64,000 bases of DNA from an uncultured Bdellovibrionales bacterium (GCA_964500125.1 CAZCMV010000001.1:54119-118118); one strand, 5' to 3'; counted from the stretch's first letter, positions 17,401 to 25,374 are shown. Notes: generated by a model from the letters alone, not told the origin. Made by a program: numbers and translations.

Positions 17401-17633
17401 TTGTGTGATTGAATTTTTTGAAGCAAATCATAAGTCTGATGATTAGTGCTAATTCCAATCAGAATTCTTATTTTTTCAGTTTTTTCCAAACTAGGATAAA
17501 TAGCATAAAAACCGCTTGTATAAAAATAACCAACCAAGACATCAAAAAAACGTGTGTCTTTAATTAAAACTCTGAAACGATCAGCAAGATTATTGTTTTT
17601 TTCATTGGTTAAAAATGTAAGATCTGTATTCAT
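14448..17633 (-). CDS. PLD-nuclease / SNF2-family helicase fusion
   Basis: HSKLY...GSSNFT PLD motif; DVVGLGKT, DEAH, TATP, QRVGRINR helicase motifs; likely start MNTDLTF at 17633. Confidence 0.9.
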   Translation of the reverse strand: MNTDLTFLTNEKNNNLADRFRVLIKDTRFFDVLVGYFYTSGFYAIYPSLEKTEKIRILIGISTNHQTYDLLQKIQSHKEIGEQIGEEVKKEMEDCENNVKVEEGVLKFIEWLSSDKLEIRAYPEEKIHSKLYIMTFDEDDRDLGRVITGSSNFTQSGLVDNLEFNVELKNPSDYEFAKSKFEELWEKGVDVSEKYLETIKKDTWLREDITPYELYLKFLYEYFKEEINESQSLEHNFRPHNFKELKYQDHAVINARKIVEEYGGVFLSDVVGLGKTFMGTMLCQELKGRTLVLAPPHLISESNEGSWENAFRNFGFRAKDYKCMSIGILDKIIKKDLQKDFDVVLIDEAHRFRTEETDTYAKLAQICRGKKVILVTATPYNNSPSDLLAQIKLFQRSRKSTIPSLPDLEGFFKNLEKKLKGLDRQKDKQEYISITKENSKLIRERVLKYLMVRRTRTEITKYYGDDLKKQKMSFPEIANPEPIFYEFNEKEDNVFFETIKIITNDFKYSRYTPLLYHKGLLSSEEQQQKNMMKFMRMLLIKRLESSFFAFSQSINRFVASYEKFINEFNSGNVYVSKKNIQKIFDYLENDNLDAIDQLIANGKAEKFSSDEFNENFIVDLNNDLNILKDIQELWKGIDRDPKIIAFKEKLAIEEPVKIGKSIIFTESKETAQYLVKNLQDIFPDKILYFSGESSQAEREIVMENFDANAKNIKNDFTLLITTDVLSEGANLHQANVVINYDIPWNPTRIMQRVGRINRVDAKHDKIYTYTFFPTDQSNEQIKLKEMAEAKIQAFITLLGADAKLLTESEVPEGHSLFSQILSKEMIEGEMDEGESELGYLQEIRRIRDENPELFEKIKRLPKKARTVRESKDSIVKLLTYFRKGKLQKFFIVENGAVSVSSEIDFTEAAKTLSAQPDEKKNKQDKLFYELLDKNLEMLKNVGENEEEEFSSKRGSRDNAARLHKLLSAKEIRNFKGFTEDDESYIRQVIEELNTGGIPKKISQTIYNKIQEMPEIIANPIKLLAILKTTLPADFLMPNQNEQNDGVSAKKEIILSEYFNIN

Positions 17634-17774
17634 GTTTTTATTGAAAATAGAAAAATTATAAATCAGTCCATTTAAATTCAAAGGCAATGCCTATTGATTA
17701 AGGCAAATTTTGGCTTTGTTTCAAGTTTTTCCGTGCTTTAATGGTATCACTAAGTCAGCATTTATTCAAGCTAT

Positions 17775-18028
17775 TTGACAAGAATCGCCACTTGTATATT
17801 ATTGAGGTAAGAAAAAGGTTACCCTGCACCGGACTCGAACTAGGAATTCGGAAAAGTCTATGGCAGGGAGTGTTTCCTCGGAGCAAGAGAAAAAAGAATT
17901 GCTCCTGTAATGCGCAGATTGCCAATGCTGCCGGGACACTTTAAGGCACAGTCAAGATCCCTCTTTATGATGTGGTTTTGTATGTGCTCAGATTCTTTTT
18001 CAAGAACCGCATCATATGCGGTTTTTTT
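17775..18028 (+). promoter_or_regulatory. Promoter plus structured leader ending in a terminator/antiterminator pair
   Basis: TTGACA at 17775; hairpins 17822-17868 and 17880-17905; terminator 18005-18028; competing strand 17966-17980. Confidence 0.6.
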
Positions 18029-18055
18029 GTCGTGAAAAATAAAAATCAAACAAAA

Positions 18056-18232
18056 ATGCAATCCCAATTCAGCCCAGCATTAATAGCCAAGTGCCAAAAA
18101 GTGATCTTCCAGAAATCAGGCAAAAAAATCAGCAAAGCGAAAGCCGAGCTGTATCTGGAAAAATTCGCGCGATATTTCATGCTGGCCGTGAAAGTTTTGG
18201 ATCAAGAAGCAAAAACTAAAAAATTAAAATAA
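18056..18232 (+). CDS. 58-aa small helical protein (MQSQFSPALIAKCQ...)
   Basis: ATG just after the attenuator; related pattern to 8657-8809 and 5957-6148. Confidence 0.65.
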   Translation: MQSQFSPALIAKCQKVIFQKSGKKISKAKAELYLEKFARYFMLAVKVLDQEAKTKKLK

Positions 18233-18239
18233 AAATCCA

Positions 18240-18515
18240 ATGGCAAAAATCATTAAAATTGACGAAATATCCCAAATTAAACTCCTTTCTGGCAATATAA
18301 TGCTTCAGCATTTGAAAAAATCTAAAACTGGACGAATAGCGTGGGTTACAGACGGCAATTTTTCCACATGGGCATCAACGTGTGAGTTCTACATTTTTCA
18401 GGCACCATACCGCACCATTGAAGGCACAGCGCAAATTGAGAGACTAATCGAAGTCGTGATAAGGTCGACCGACCAGATCAGTCAGGTTTTAATAGATAAC
18501 AATTTAAACAATTAA
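18240..18515 (+). CDS. Hypothetical protein
   Basis: 91 aa ORF in operon-like spacing. Confidence 0.55.
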   Translation: MAKIIKIDEISQIKLLSGNIMLQHLKKSKTGRIAWVTDGNFSTWASTCEFYIFQAPYRTIEGTAQIERLIEVVIRSTDQISQVLIDNNLNN

Positions 18516-18527
18516 TAACAAAACAGT

Positions 18528-18710
18528 ATGACTGATGAAAAAGCTGAAAAATTCCCTGATGGAATCTGTCCGTTCATGAGCACACCGGAAAATCCGGTAC
18601 CATGTAGCGGAATATGCCAACTTCACAGAAAAGGCAAAAAAGGTTTTGCCTGTCCATGGCATGATCTTGCCATTATTGCCTGGAATTTGAAACCCGAAAA
18701 CAGACGCTAA
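18528..18710 (+). CDS. Small Cys-rich putative zinc-binding protein
   Basis: CPF...C...C...C pattern, 60 aa. Confidence 0.55.
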   Translation: MTDEKAEKFPDGICPFMSTPENPVPCSGICQLHRKGKKGFACPWHDLAIIAWNLKPENRR

Positions 18711-18721
18711 AGCGTGACGGT

Positions 18722-18967
18722 TTCGAAAAAGAAAGGCGCCCCAAAGAAAAACACTATATATACAAAATGCATCCATGTTCAAGAATTGAACTTTCGAAAA
18801 GAAACGATGTACATATAACCATATATTATATATACATTATGTTCCCATGTTCAAGAATTGAACCTTCGATGAGAAAAGATGTATATATAAACATTCAATA
18901 TATATAAATAGCCACCCCATATATATTTTTTGTTTTTTTCCATGTAAGGGCGCCGAACTTTTTCGAA
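18722..18967. repeat. Inverted-repeat-bounded AT-rich region containing two 72-bp tandem repeats (candidate origin)
   Basis: TTCGAAAAAGnnnGGCGCCC inverted at both ends; CCATGTTCAAGAATTGAAC at 18773 and 18845. Confidence 0.75.
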
Positions 18968-20399
18968 GGTTTAAAAAAAACGGAATTCATTAAAAGATTT
19001 AAAAGAAAAATAAAAATGCATCTGAAATCTGACAAAATCGCGCGATAAGTGCTACAAGCTAGACAGGATTTGTTTTATGGCTCAAAGAAGCCATTATTCA
19101 AACACTAACTGGTGAGCCTGATTAAGAGAGCAATTTTCCGCCAGCCCGCACCCGCAACGAACCGCAGACTTCAGCAAATTCACAAAACCAAACAGAGGCG
19201 CAGTTGAGCATTTTGAGAGTTGCTGTCACGCATTCCAAAAAGAAATTTTCTGAGCAGGTGCCTTGTTTTTCTCTTGGCGACCACGGGAGCACAAGAGCAA
19301 AAAACAAGAGCATCAGCGGAGGGAAATTTCGTCGTGACAGCAACGGTCAAGAAAAAGGAGCGGAAAGATTGTGCTTGGAGGACGATTAAGTCCGACAAGC
19401 TTTCATTATCCGCGACCACCTTTGACACGATTGAGAAGCGAACCACCAGCGTTGATTGCAATGAGAGGGAGAGCGAACGACCGTCCCTGCAGAGCGACCA
19501 CTTCTTTTGAAGTCGTTGCAGTCTCAAGCCCCTCAAGACTGAGGGGTTGGGGGTGTTGAAAGTCCAAGCGAGAAAAGAAAAGAGTGTCTGACAATGCTGC
19601 ATTCTTGCGACATTCCAAGCTGTCAAAAATGACGCCGAGGGAACGCAGAAGGAAATTTTTGAAACAGCTTGTGCCAATGTCGCAAAATGTCACATTGTCA
19701 GAGGGTGAGAAACACCTTCCTTCAGAATGTTAAATCGTCAAAGTGTTTCTCAATCCCCTTGCACCTTTTCTTTTCAACTCCTTGAGGGATTGGAGTTTGA
19801 GGAAAACCGCAGTGGTTTTCTCTCATTTTTAAAGAGTTTTTTCAAAATCTATAAAAATAGTGCGGTGAGAAACATTTTTCTATTCGAAAAGAATTGAAAC
19901 TTGCCTGTCTGATTTTTCCGGTAATCCGGAAAATATCAGTCTGGCAAGTTCTCCTCTGTGTATTTATATTTTCGAATAGAAAAATGTTTCTGACCGCTTT
20001 CCTTAATGATTGATTTTGAAAAGACCTCCGCTTTGTATTTAAAGAGTTTGGCGAGAATTAAGACTGCTTTTTCGGAAAAATCTTTGCCGAGCCAACTCCC
20101 TATTTGGAGCCGTAGAAGCACGGAAAGTATCACTAGAAATAAATAAAATACTATGATATTATTGATGTGGACACAACTAAAATACTCATCGAAGACAGAA
20201 AGGGCAACCTTTGCTGCAATCTTCGATGAGAAGTTGTGTCCAAAGCGGGGTTGTCCTTTTTGTTTTGCAAAAAATATGAATCTTCTGGACACAATTTCTT
20301 TATCAAATAGCGGAATGGCCAGCGCAGGCGAGCTCATCTTGTTTTTCGGTGTGATCGCACTAATGATTTTTGACGAAATAATTTCTAAAAATAAATAAT

Positions 20400-21989
20400 A
20401 TGAAATACGTCATTTATGCCCGAAAATCAACCGAGAGCGAAGACCGCCAAGCGCTCTCAATTCAATCTCAAATCTTTGAGATGAAAGAAGTCGCCAAGCG
20501 CGAACATCTTAAAATTGTTGAGGTTCTGGAAGAATCCAAATCCGCCAAACAACCCGGCCGACCGATTTTCAATGATATGATTAAGAAATTCAAAAGCGGA
20601 AAATATGAAGGAATTCTCTGTTGGAAAATAGACCGACTCGCCAGAAATTCACTCGACGCAGGAATGGTGCAATGGCTTTTGGAAAAAGGAACAATCAAGC
20701 AAATAAAAACCTTTGAGCGCGATTATAATCCAAGCGACAACGTCGTGATGGCCAGCATTGAGTTTTCAATGGCCAACCAATATGTCCGCGACCTTTCCAA
20801 GAATGTGAAGCGTGGACAGGCGGAAAAGATTCGTCGTGGCGAATATCCTGCCACTCCCCCAGTCGGATATCTCATCGATTATAAAACCAAGAAAATATAC
20901 ATCGACGAAGATAAATGGCATCACATCAAAAAAGCTTTCCAGCTTTATGCGACTGGAAATTATTCAATTCCAAAACTGGCCGAGAAACTTTCAAAGGAAG
21001 GTTTTCGCTCACGCAATGGCCGACCAGTCCACGGATCCGGAATATACCAAGTTCTCAATAATCCTATTTATTACGGATGGTTTCGTTGGAATGACCAAAT
21101 CTATAAAGGAATTCATGCTCCGATGATTTCCAAGGATTTGTTTGATGCGGTGCAAGAAGTTTTTCATCCAAGAAAGCACACAGTTGAACGCAACGTTCAC
21201 AATTTTGTTTTTCGTGGGCACTTGGTTTGTGGAGAATGTGGATTGAAAATAACTGCAGAAACTCAAAAAGGTCATGTGTATTATCACTGCACAAAATCAA
21301 AAGGCGTGGACAAATGTTCACAGAAATATTTGCGCGAGGAAGATTTGATCACAGAAATCGACAGCCGTTTGGCAAAACTAAAAATTGACGAGGATGTGCT
21401 CGACCTTATGATTGAAGCATCAAGAGAATTGAGCAAGCATGAATGGAACGACATCCGCGAAATAGAAAAGAAACATCAAGCACTTCTGGACAATAATAAA
21501 TTCAGACAGGACTCACTCATTGAAAAGTACATCAGCAATGTCATTCCGGATGAGCACTACAATCGCAAATTGGCAGAGCTTCGCAATGAAGAAGCGGACA
21601 TCGAAGACAATCTGCGAAGCACCAAGGAGAATTTTCACAATGTTTTTGAGAAGATTGAATTGGCTGCGAGATTCGCCAAATTTGCCAAAAAGATCTTTGG
21701 GCGTGGCGATTTAGAAATCAAAAAAGAAGTTGTGGCAATCCTGACTTCGAACATTATCATAAAAGACAAGCAAATAAAGGAATTTCGCCTCGCTGAGCCA
21801 TTCGCCAGCGTGATGAAAGATGTTGAAATCACAAAGGGAAAAGGCAACGGAAAATCCAGTATCGAACTTGGCAGTTTTGCTTTATCTAAAACTAAAACAG
21901 CCCCCAAAAGGGAGGCTGTTTCACTTATGCACGGGGTGAGGGAATCGAACCCCCGCCAAAAGTTTTGGAGACTCTCGTTCTGCCACTAA
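20400..21989 (+). CDS. Large serine recombinase B; last 20 codons read through tRNA-Trp antisense
   Basis: YARKS, IDRLARN, CGECG...HC...C zinc ribbon. Confidence 0.95.
   Translation: MKYVIYARKSTESEDRQALSIQSQIFEMKEVAKREHLKIVEVLEESKSAKQPGRPIFNDMIKKFKSGKYEGILCWKIDRLARNSLDAGMVQWLLEKGTIKQIKTFERDYNPSDNVVMASIEFSMANQYVRDLSKNVKRGQAEKIRRGEYPATPPVGYLIDYKTKKIYIDEDKWHHIKKAFQLYATGNYSIPKLAEKLSKEGFRSRNGRPVHGSGIYQVLNNPIYYGWFRWNDQIYKGIHAPMISKDLFDAVQEVFHPRKHTVERNVHNFVFRGHLVCGECGLKITAETQKGHVYYHCTKSKGVDKCSQKYLREEDLITEIDSRLAKLKIDEDVLDLMIEASRELSKHEWNDIREIEKKHQALLDNNKFRQDSLIEKYISNVIPDEHYNRKLAELRNEEADIEDNLRSTKENFHNVFEKIELAARFAKFAKKIFGRGDLEIKKEVVAILTSNIIIKDKQIKEFRLAEPFASVMKDVEITKGKGNGKSSIELGSFALSKTKTAPKREAVSLMHGVRESNPRQKFWRLSFCH
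21895..21920 (-). terminator. Element-encoded hairpin placed as tRNA-Trp terminator
   Basis: AAACAGCCCCC-AAAA-GGGAGGCTGTTT about 10 nt 3' of the tRNA. Confidence 0.65.
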
Positions 21990-22000
21990 ACTAACCCCGC
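21930..22000 (-). tRNA. trnW: tRNA-Trp (CCA), integration target
   Basis: GCGGGGT/ACCCCGT acceptor stem, CTCCAAA anticodon loop, TTCGATT T-loop; CCA end not encoded. Confidence 0.95.
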
Positions 22001-22166
22001 ATACCCACGCTACGCGTGGAATTTCTAATTTTGAATTTCCAATTCCCAACAAAATTTTAAATCCAAATGACAAAAATTGAAAAAATCATGCATTTGAAAT
22101 TTGAAAATTATTTAGAAATTAGATATTAGAAATTTGAAATTTCATGACGCCATGAGCATCATGATG

Positions 22167-22331
22167 TTATTTCATTTCCTTATGCAGCGTGTGCTTGCGG
22201 CACTTGTTGCAGAATTTGTTCACCTCAAGCTTCTCTTTGATCTTCTTCTTATTGCGTGAAGTGTAATAGTTTATCTCCTTGCATTCACTACAACGGAGCT
22301 TCACCATATTTTCTTTAGTCTTTGTAGCCAT
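22167..22331 (-). CDS. rpmG: 50S ribosomal protein L33 (Zn-binding type), below the ORF-track cutoff
   Basis: [54 protein letters not shown]. Confidence 0.95.
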   Translation of the reverse strand: MATKTKENMVKLRCSECKEINYYTSRNKKKIKEKLEVNKFCNKCRKHTLHKEMK

Positions 22332-22449
22332 ATAATTAGCTAGGCATTAGCTATTTAGCTTTTTGGGGAGCTAACAGCAAAAACCGTATATATTAACGCA
22401 GAATTATTTCCTATACATGGTGCCGACTGGCAACTGTCGACAAACCTAG

Positions 22450-22522
22450 AGCCGTTGTGCGGGATCGAACCGCAGACCTCATCCTTACCATGGATGCGCT
22501 CTACCAACTGAGCTACAACGGC
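22450..22522 (-). tRNA. trnT: tRNA-Thr (GGT)
   Basis: GCCGTTG acceptor, ATGGTAA loop, GGTTCGATCC T-arm. Confidence 0.95.
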
Positions 22523-22809
22523 ATATTTTCTTTTTTTAGATAATTACTCAGTTGTTTTTTCAAAAATCTCCTACCGGACCCTGATTTAAGAAATTTTTCC
22601 CTTCCAAGAGCATCTTTTTTGACCAAATATAATTCCGCATAAATCAATCGCCAACTACCCTTTAGTTTATGCGTATATGTACTCTTCCCGTGATTATGAT
22701 CTTGTATTCTCTTTTTGAGATCTGTCGTAAAACCTATGTACCATGAAAAATTCAACTGATTCTCGATCACATATACAACGTAATATTCTTGGCCGTGCCG
22801 CGTAATCAT
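22513..22809 (-). CDS. GIY-YIG nuclease family protein
   Basis: YVVYVI...WYIGFTTDLKKRIQDHN...REKFLKSGSGR; 3' end overlaps tRNA-Thr by 10 nt. Confidence 0.85.
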   Translation of the reverse strand: MITRHGQEYYVVYVIENQLNFSWYIGFTTDLKKRIQDHNHGKSTYTHKLKGSWRLIYAELYLVKKDALGREKFLKSGSGRRFLKKQLSNYLKKENMPL

Positions 22810-22908
22810 GAGCGGTCCTTTAAAAATACGTAGTCCCCGTAAAATAATTTGATTACAAATTATCACGGGGCGCTTAAATCATTCGCCAAAGCTCATGATT
22901 TTACGCGG

Positions 22909-22991
22909 TGGGCAGTGAGGGATTCGAACCCCCGAAGACCGAAGTCGGCTGATTTACAGTCAGCTGCGATTGACCACTCCGCCAACTACCC
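22909..22991 (-). tRNA. trnY: tRNA-Tyr (GTA)
   Basis: GGGTAGT acceptor, CTGTAAA loop, long variable arm. Confidence 0.95.
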
Positions 22992-23079
22992 ATTAAACAA
23001 GTATCAAGTATTGGGTAGAATGTATAAAGTATTTCCATACATCATACATACTACATTATACATAATACCACTCCTATTG

Positions 23080-23152
23080 AGCCACCTGTCGGACTCGAAC
23101 CGACGACCCACTGTTTACAAAACAGTTGCTCTACCAACTGAGCTAAGGTGGC
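23080..23152 (-). tRNA. trnT: tRNA-Thr (TGT)
   Basis: GCCACCT acceptor, TTTGTAA loop. Confidence 0.95.
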
Positions 23153-23158
23153 GCTCGC

Positions 23159-23839
23159 CTATCTTTTCGTCAATAGTCTTTCCAATTTGCGTATTTTCAA
23201 TTTCACTTTATAATGCGCCGGGCTCAGCTTCAGCACTTGTCTATAACATTCCAGCGCATCCTTGGCATTTTCCTGATCAGAATAATAATCACCTAATCGC
23301 TCATAAGCCTCAATATCGCGTGGATTCATAGCAATTCTTTTTATTAAAACATCCTCCATTTTTTCCTTTGTTTGCTGCTGTTCGTTTTCGAATTTTTTTT
23401 GAGGCATTGTTGCTTCTCTGCGAACCATTGGGGCAACTTTATTCATCTTTGATTTTCTGGCAAAAACAACTTCATTATCTTCCAATTTCGTATTTTCTGC
23501 ATTTTCAACTTTTTCTGCTCTTTTAAAGTGTTCACTTGGCACTTTTTCAGCTTTAGCAGCTTCACGTTTAGCCCTTATTGAACGCACCCAATCATTGCTA
23601 ATATTATGAAAACGCAATGATAATAATTTCACTCTACGCATCAACCATTCTGCTATTGCCAAGAAAAAACGACCGATAGCCGAAAAAACAGCCATAACCT
23701 TACCTCCATAAAAGCCTTTGGCTCCAGAGTTTGTATTTACAATTCCTTGCTCAAGCAAAGACACCTTACGAAAAAGATACCAGGTCAACAAGGAAAGGCT
23801 TAGCACTATTATTATTGGTGGTACTATATAATATAACAT
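23159..23839 (-). CDS. Membrane-anchored TPR protein
   Basis: N-terminal TM; NPRDIEAYERLGDYY...ALECYRQVLKLSP TPR. Confidence 0.8.
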   Translation of the reverse strand: MLYYIVPPIIIVLSLSLLTWYLFRKVSLLEQGIVNTNSGAKGFYGGKVMAVFSAIGRFFLAIAEWLMRRVKLLSLRFHNISNDWVRSIRAKREAAKAEKVPSEHFKRAEKVENAENTKLEDNEVVFARKSKMNKVAPMVRREATMPQKKFENEQQQTKEKMEDVLIKRIAMNPRDIEAYERLGDYYSDQENAKDALECYRQVLKLSPAHYKVKLKIRKLERLLTKR

Positions 23840-23878
23840 GTTTACAAAAAATTTTTGTTGCTAGAATTTGCTATCTTG

Positions 23879-24655
23879 TTACTTTACATCACATTTTGGA
23901 AAAACCGTATATTTACCATCTTCCAATCTCACCTTTATCTCTTGCGTAATTGCATTTATCTCTATAACCTCCCCTTTTCCATCAGGTGTTTGCACTTCCG
24001 AATGAATCTCCGGCATGCCCTGAAGCATTTCCTTATATTGACAAGACTCGTAGGAGAGACAACACATAAGTCTGCCGCAAAAACCTGAGATTCGTTCACT
24101 GCCACGATGTGCGACTTGTTGTATTCTAGCCATGTCGATTGAAATACTTGGCAAATTACCAGCTAAGCGCAAACAACATAGGTCTCTGCCACAAACTCCA
24201 CATCCACCACATTTCCTTGATTCATCTCGTGAACCAATTTGGTGCATCCGCACACTACGATGGAAAATACGTGCCAAATTCTTCACCAACTCGCGAAAAT
24301 CAACTCGTTCTTCAGCAGTAAATATAATGATCATATTACTGCCATCCATACTTACGCGTGCATCAATAACTTTCATTTGAAGTTCAAGTCTCTTTGCTTC
24401 AACTCGAGAAAGCTGCAACACTTCTTTTTTCTTTTCTTCATTCTTTTCAAAGTTCTCTTTTTCCTTTTCTGATGCAGCACGAAGAATTTGCTCCGTACAT
24501 TCTTCGGATGTCTCAATCGGTCCGCCAATTATTTGACCTATCTCCAAAGAATCATCATCGCGAACGATAACCATTTCTCCTTTTACAAAACCATCTTCAC
24601 CCTCACAAAGCCAGGGGCTTTCCCAATTATATACACTTACTGAATATTTTGCCAT
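23879..24655 (-). CDS. PSP1/RicT (YaaT)-family regulatory Fe-S protein
   Basis: RVDFRELVK, CGRDLCC, CGRLMCCLSYE motifs. Confidence 0.9.
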   Translation of the reverse strand: MAKYSVSVYNWESPWLCEGEDGFVKGEMVIVRDDDSLEIGQIIGGPIETSEECTEQILRAASEKEKENFEKNEEKKKEVLQLSRVEAKRLELQMKVIDARVSMDGSNMIIIFTAEERVDFRELVKNLARIFHRSVRMHQIGSRDESRKCGGCGVCGRDLCCLRLAGNLPSISIDMARIQQVAHRGSERISGFCGRLMCCLSYESCQYKEMLQGMPEIHSEVQTPDGKGEVIEINAITQEIKVRLEDGKYTVFPKCDVK

Positions 24656-24678
24656 AGCATTTCGCTCAACGTGCCTTA

Positions 24679-25257
24679 TTACAATTCAAAACGAACAAAA
24701 GAACCTATTTGAATATTCTCGCCAATCTTACTTATCTTTTCAGTCAGCAATTGTTCAATCGTCATTGATGGATCCTTGACGAACGCTTGCGTAAGCAATG
24801 CCGCATCCTCGCGGAATTTTTTCTCTTTTCCTTCCATTATTTTAGCAATCATTTCTTTCGGCTTCCCTTCTTGTTCTAATTGTTTTGCCCAAATTTCTTT
24901 TTCCTTCTCAACCACTTCAACAGAAATTTCTTCCGGCTTAATAACCGTTGGACTCATAGCGGTCACATGCATTGCAATATCCCGAGCCAGAGCCTGAAAT
25001 TCCTCATTGCGCGCGACAAAATCAGTTTCGCAGAAAAGCTTCACTAACGCACCAACTCTGCTATTGGAATGAATATAGGATACAACCACACCTTCTCTGG
25101 TTTCACGATCAGCACGCTTCAGTGCCTTTCCATGACCTTGCTCGCGCAAGATCCGAATGGCTTTTTCTTCATCACCACCAGCTTCATCGAGAGCTTTCTT
25201 GATATTCACCACTCCCGCACCTGTTTTTTCACGTATTTTTTTGATAAGATCTAACAT
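24679..25257 (-). CDS. tsf: Elongation factor Ts (short form)
   Basis: REKTGAG, CETDFVARN, KIGENIQI; start taken at MLDLIKK. Confidence 0.95.
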   Translation of the reverse strand: MLDLIKKIREKTGAGVVNIKKALDEAGGDEEKAIRILREQGHGKALKRADRETREGVVVSYIHSNSRVGALVKLFCETDFVARNEEFQALARDIAMHVTAMSPTVIKPEEISVEVVEKEKEIWAKQLEQEGKPKEMIAKIMEGKEKKFREDAALLTQAFVKDPSMTIEQLLTEKISKIGENIQIGSFVRFEL

Positions 25258-25374
25258 ATTTATAGCAATTTCCAATGTTCAATTAACAATGATCAATAAA
25301 TTTTCAATGAATAAATTAAAAAATTTAAAAATTGAGCCTTAATTGAAAATTGATAATTAATAATTGATAATTTT

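Larger units (their letters stand above)
8561..21928. mobile_element. Integrative element B inserted at the tRNA-Trp 3' end (LSR, RM-like defence cargo)
   Basis: 11-bp direct repeat at both ends; LSR abuts and overlaps the tRNA. Confidence 0.88.

Noticed and set aside
18773-18905. 72-bp-period palindromic repeat as a CRISPR array
   Set aside because: Only two units, the would-be spacers are similar to each other, and there are no cas genes in the window
19122-20398. Overlapping ORFs of 61-165 aa upstream of LSR-B
   Set aside because: Mutually overlapping on both strands, no recognisable motifs; not called as genes
21930-23152. tRNAs lacking an encoded CCA end
   Set aside because: True for all four tRNAs here and common in many bacteria; not damage from integration
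22849-23331. 160-aa plus-strand ORF
   Set aside because: Antisense shadow of tRNA-Tyr and tRNA-Thr
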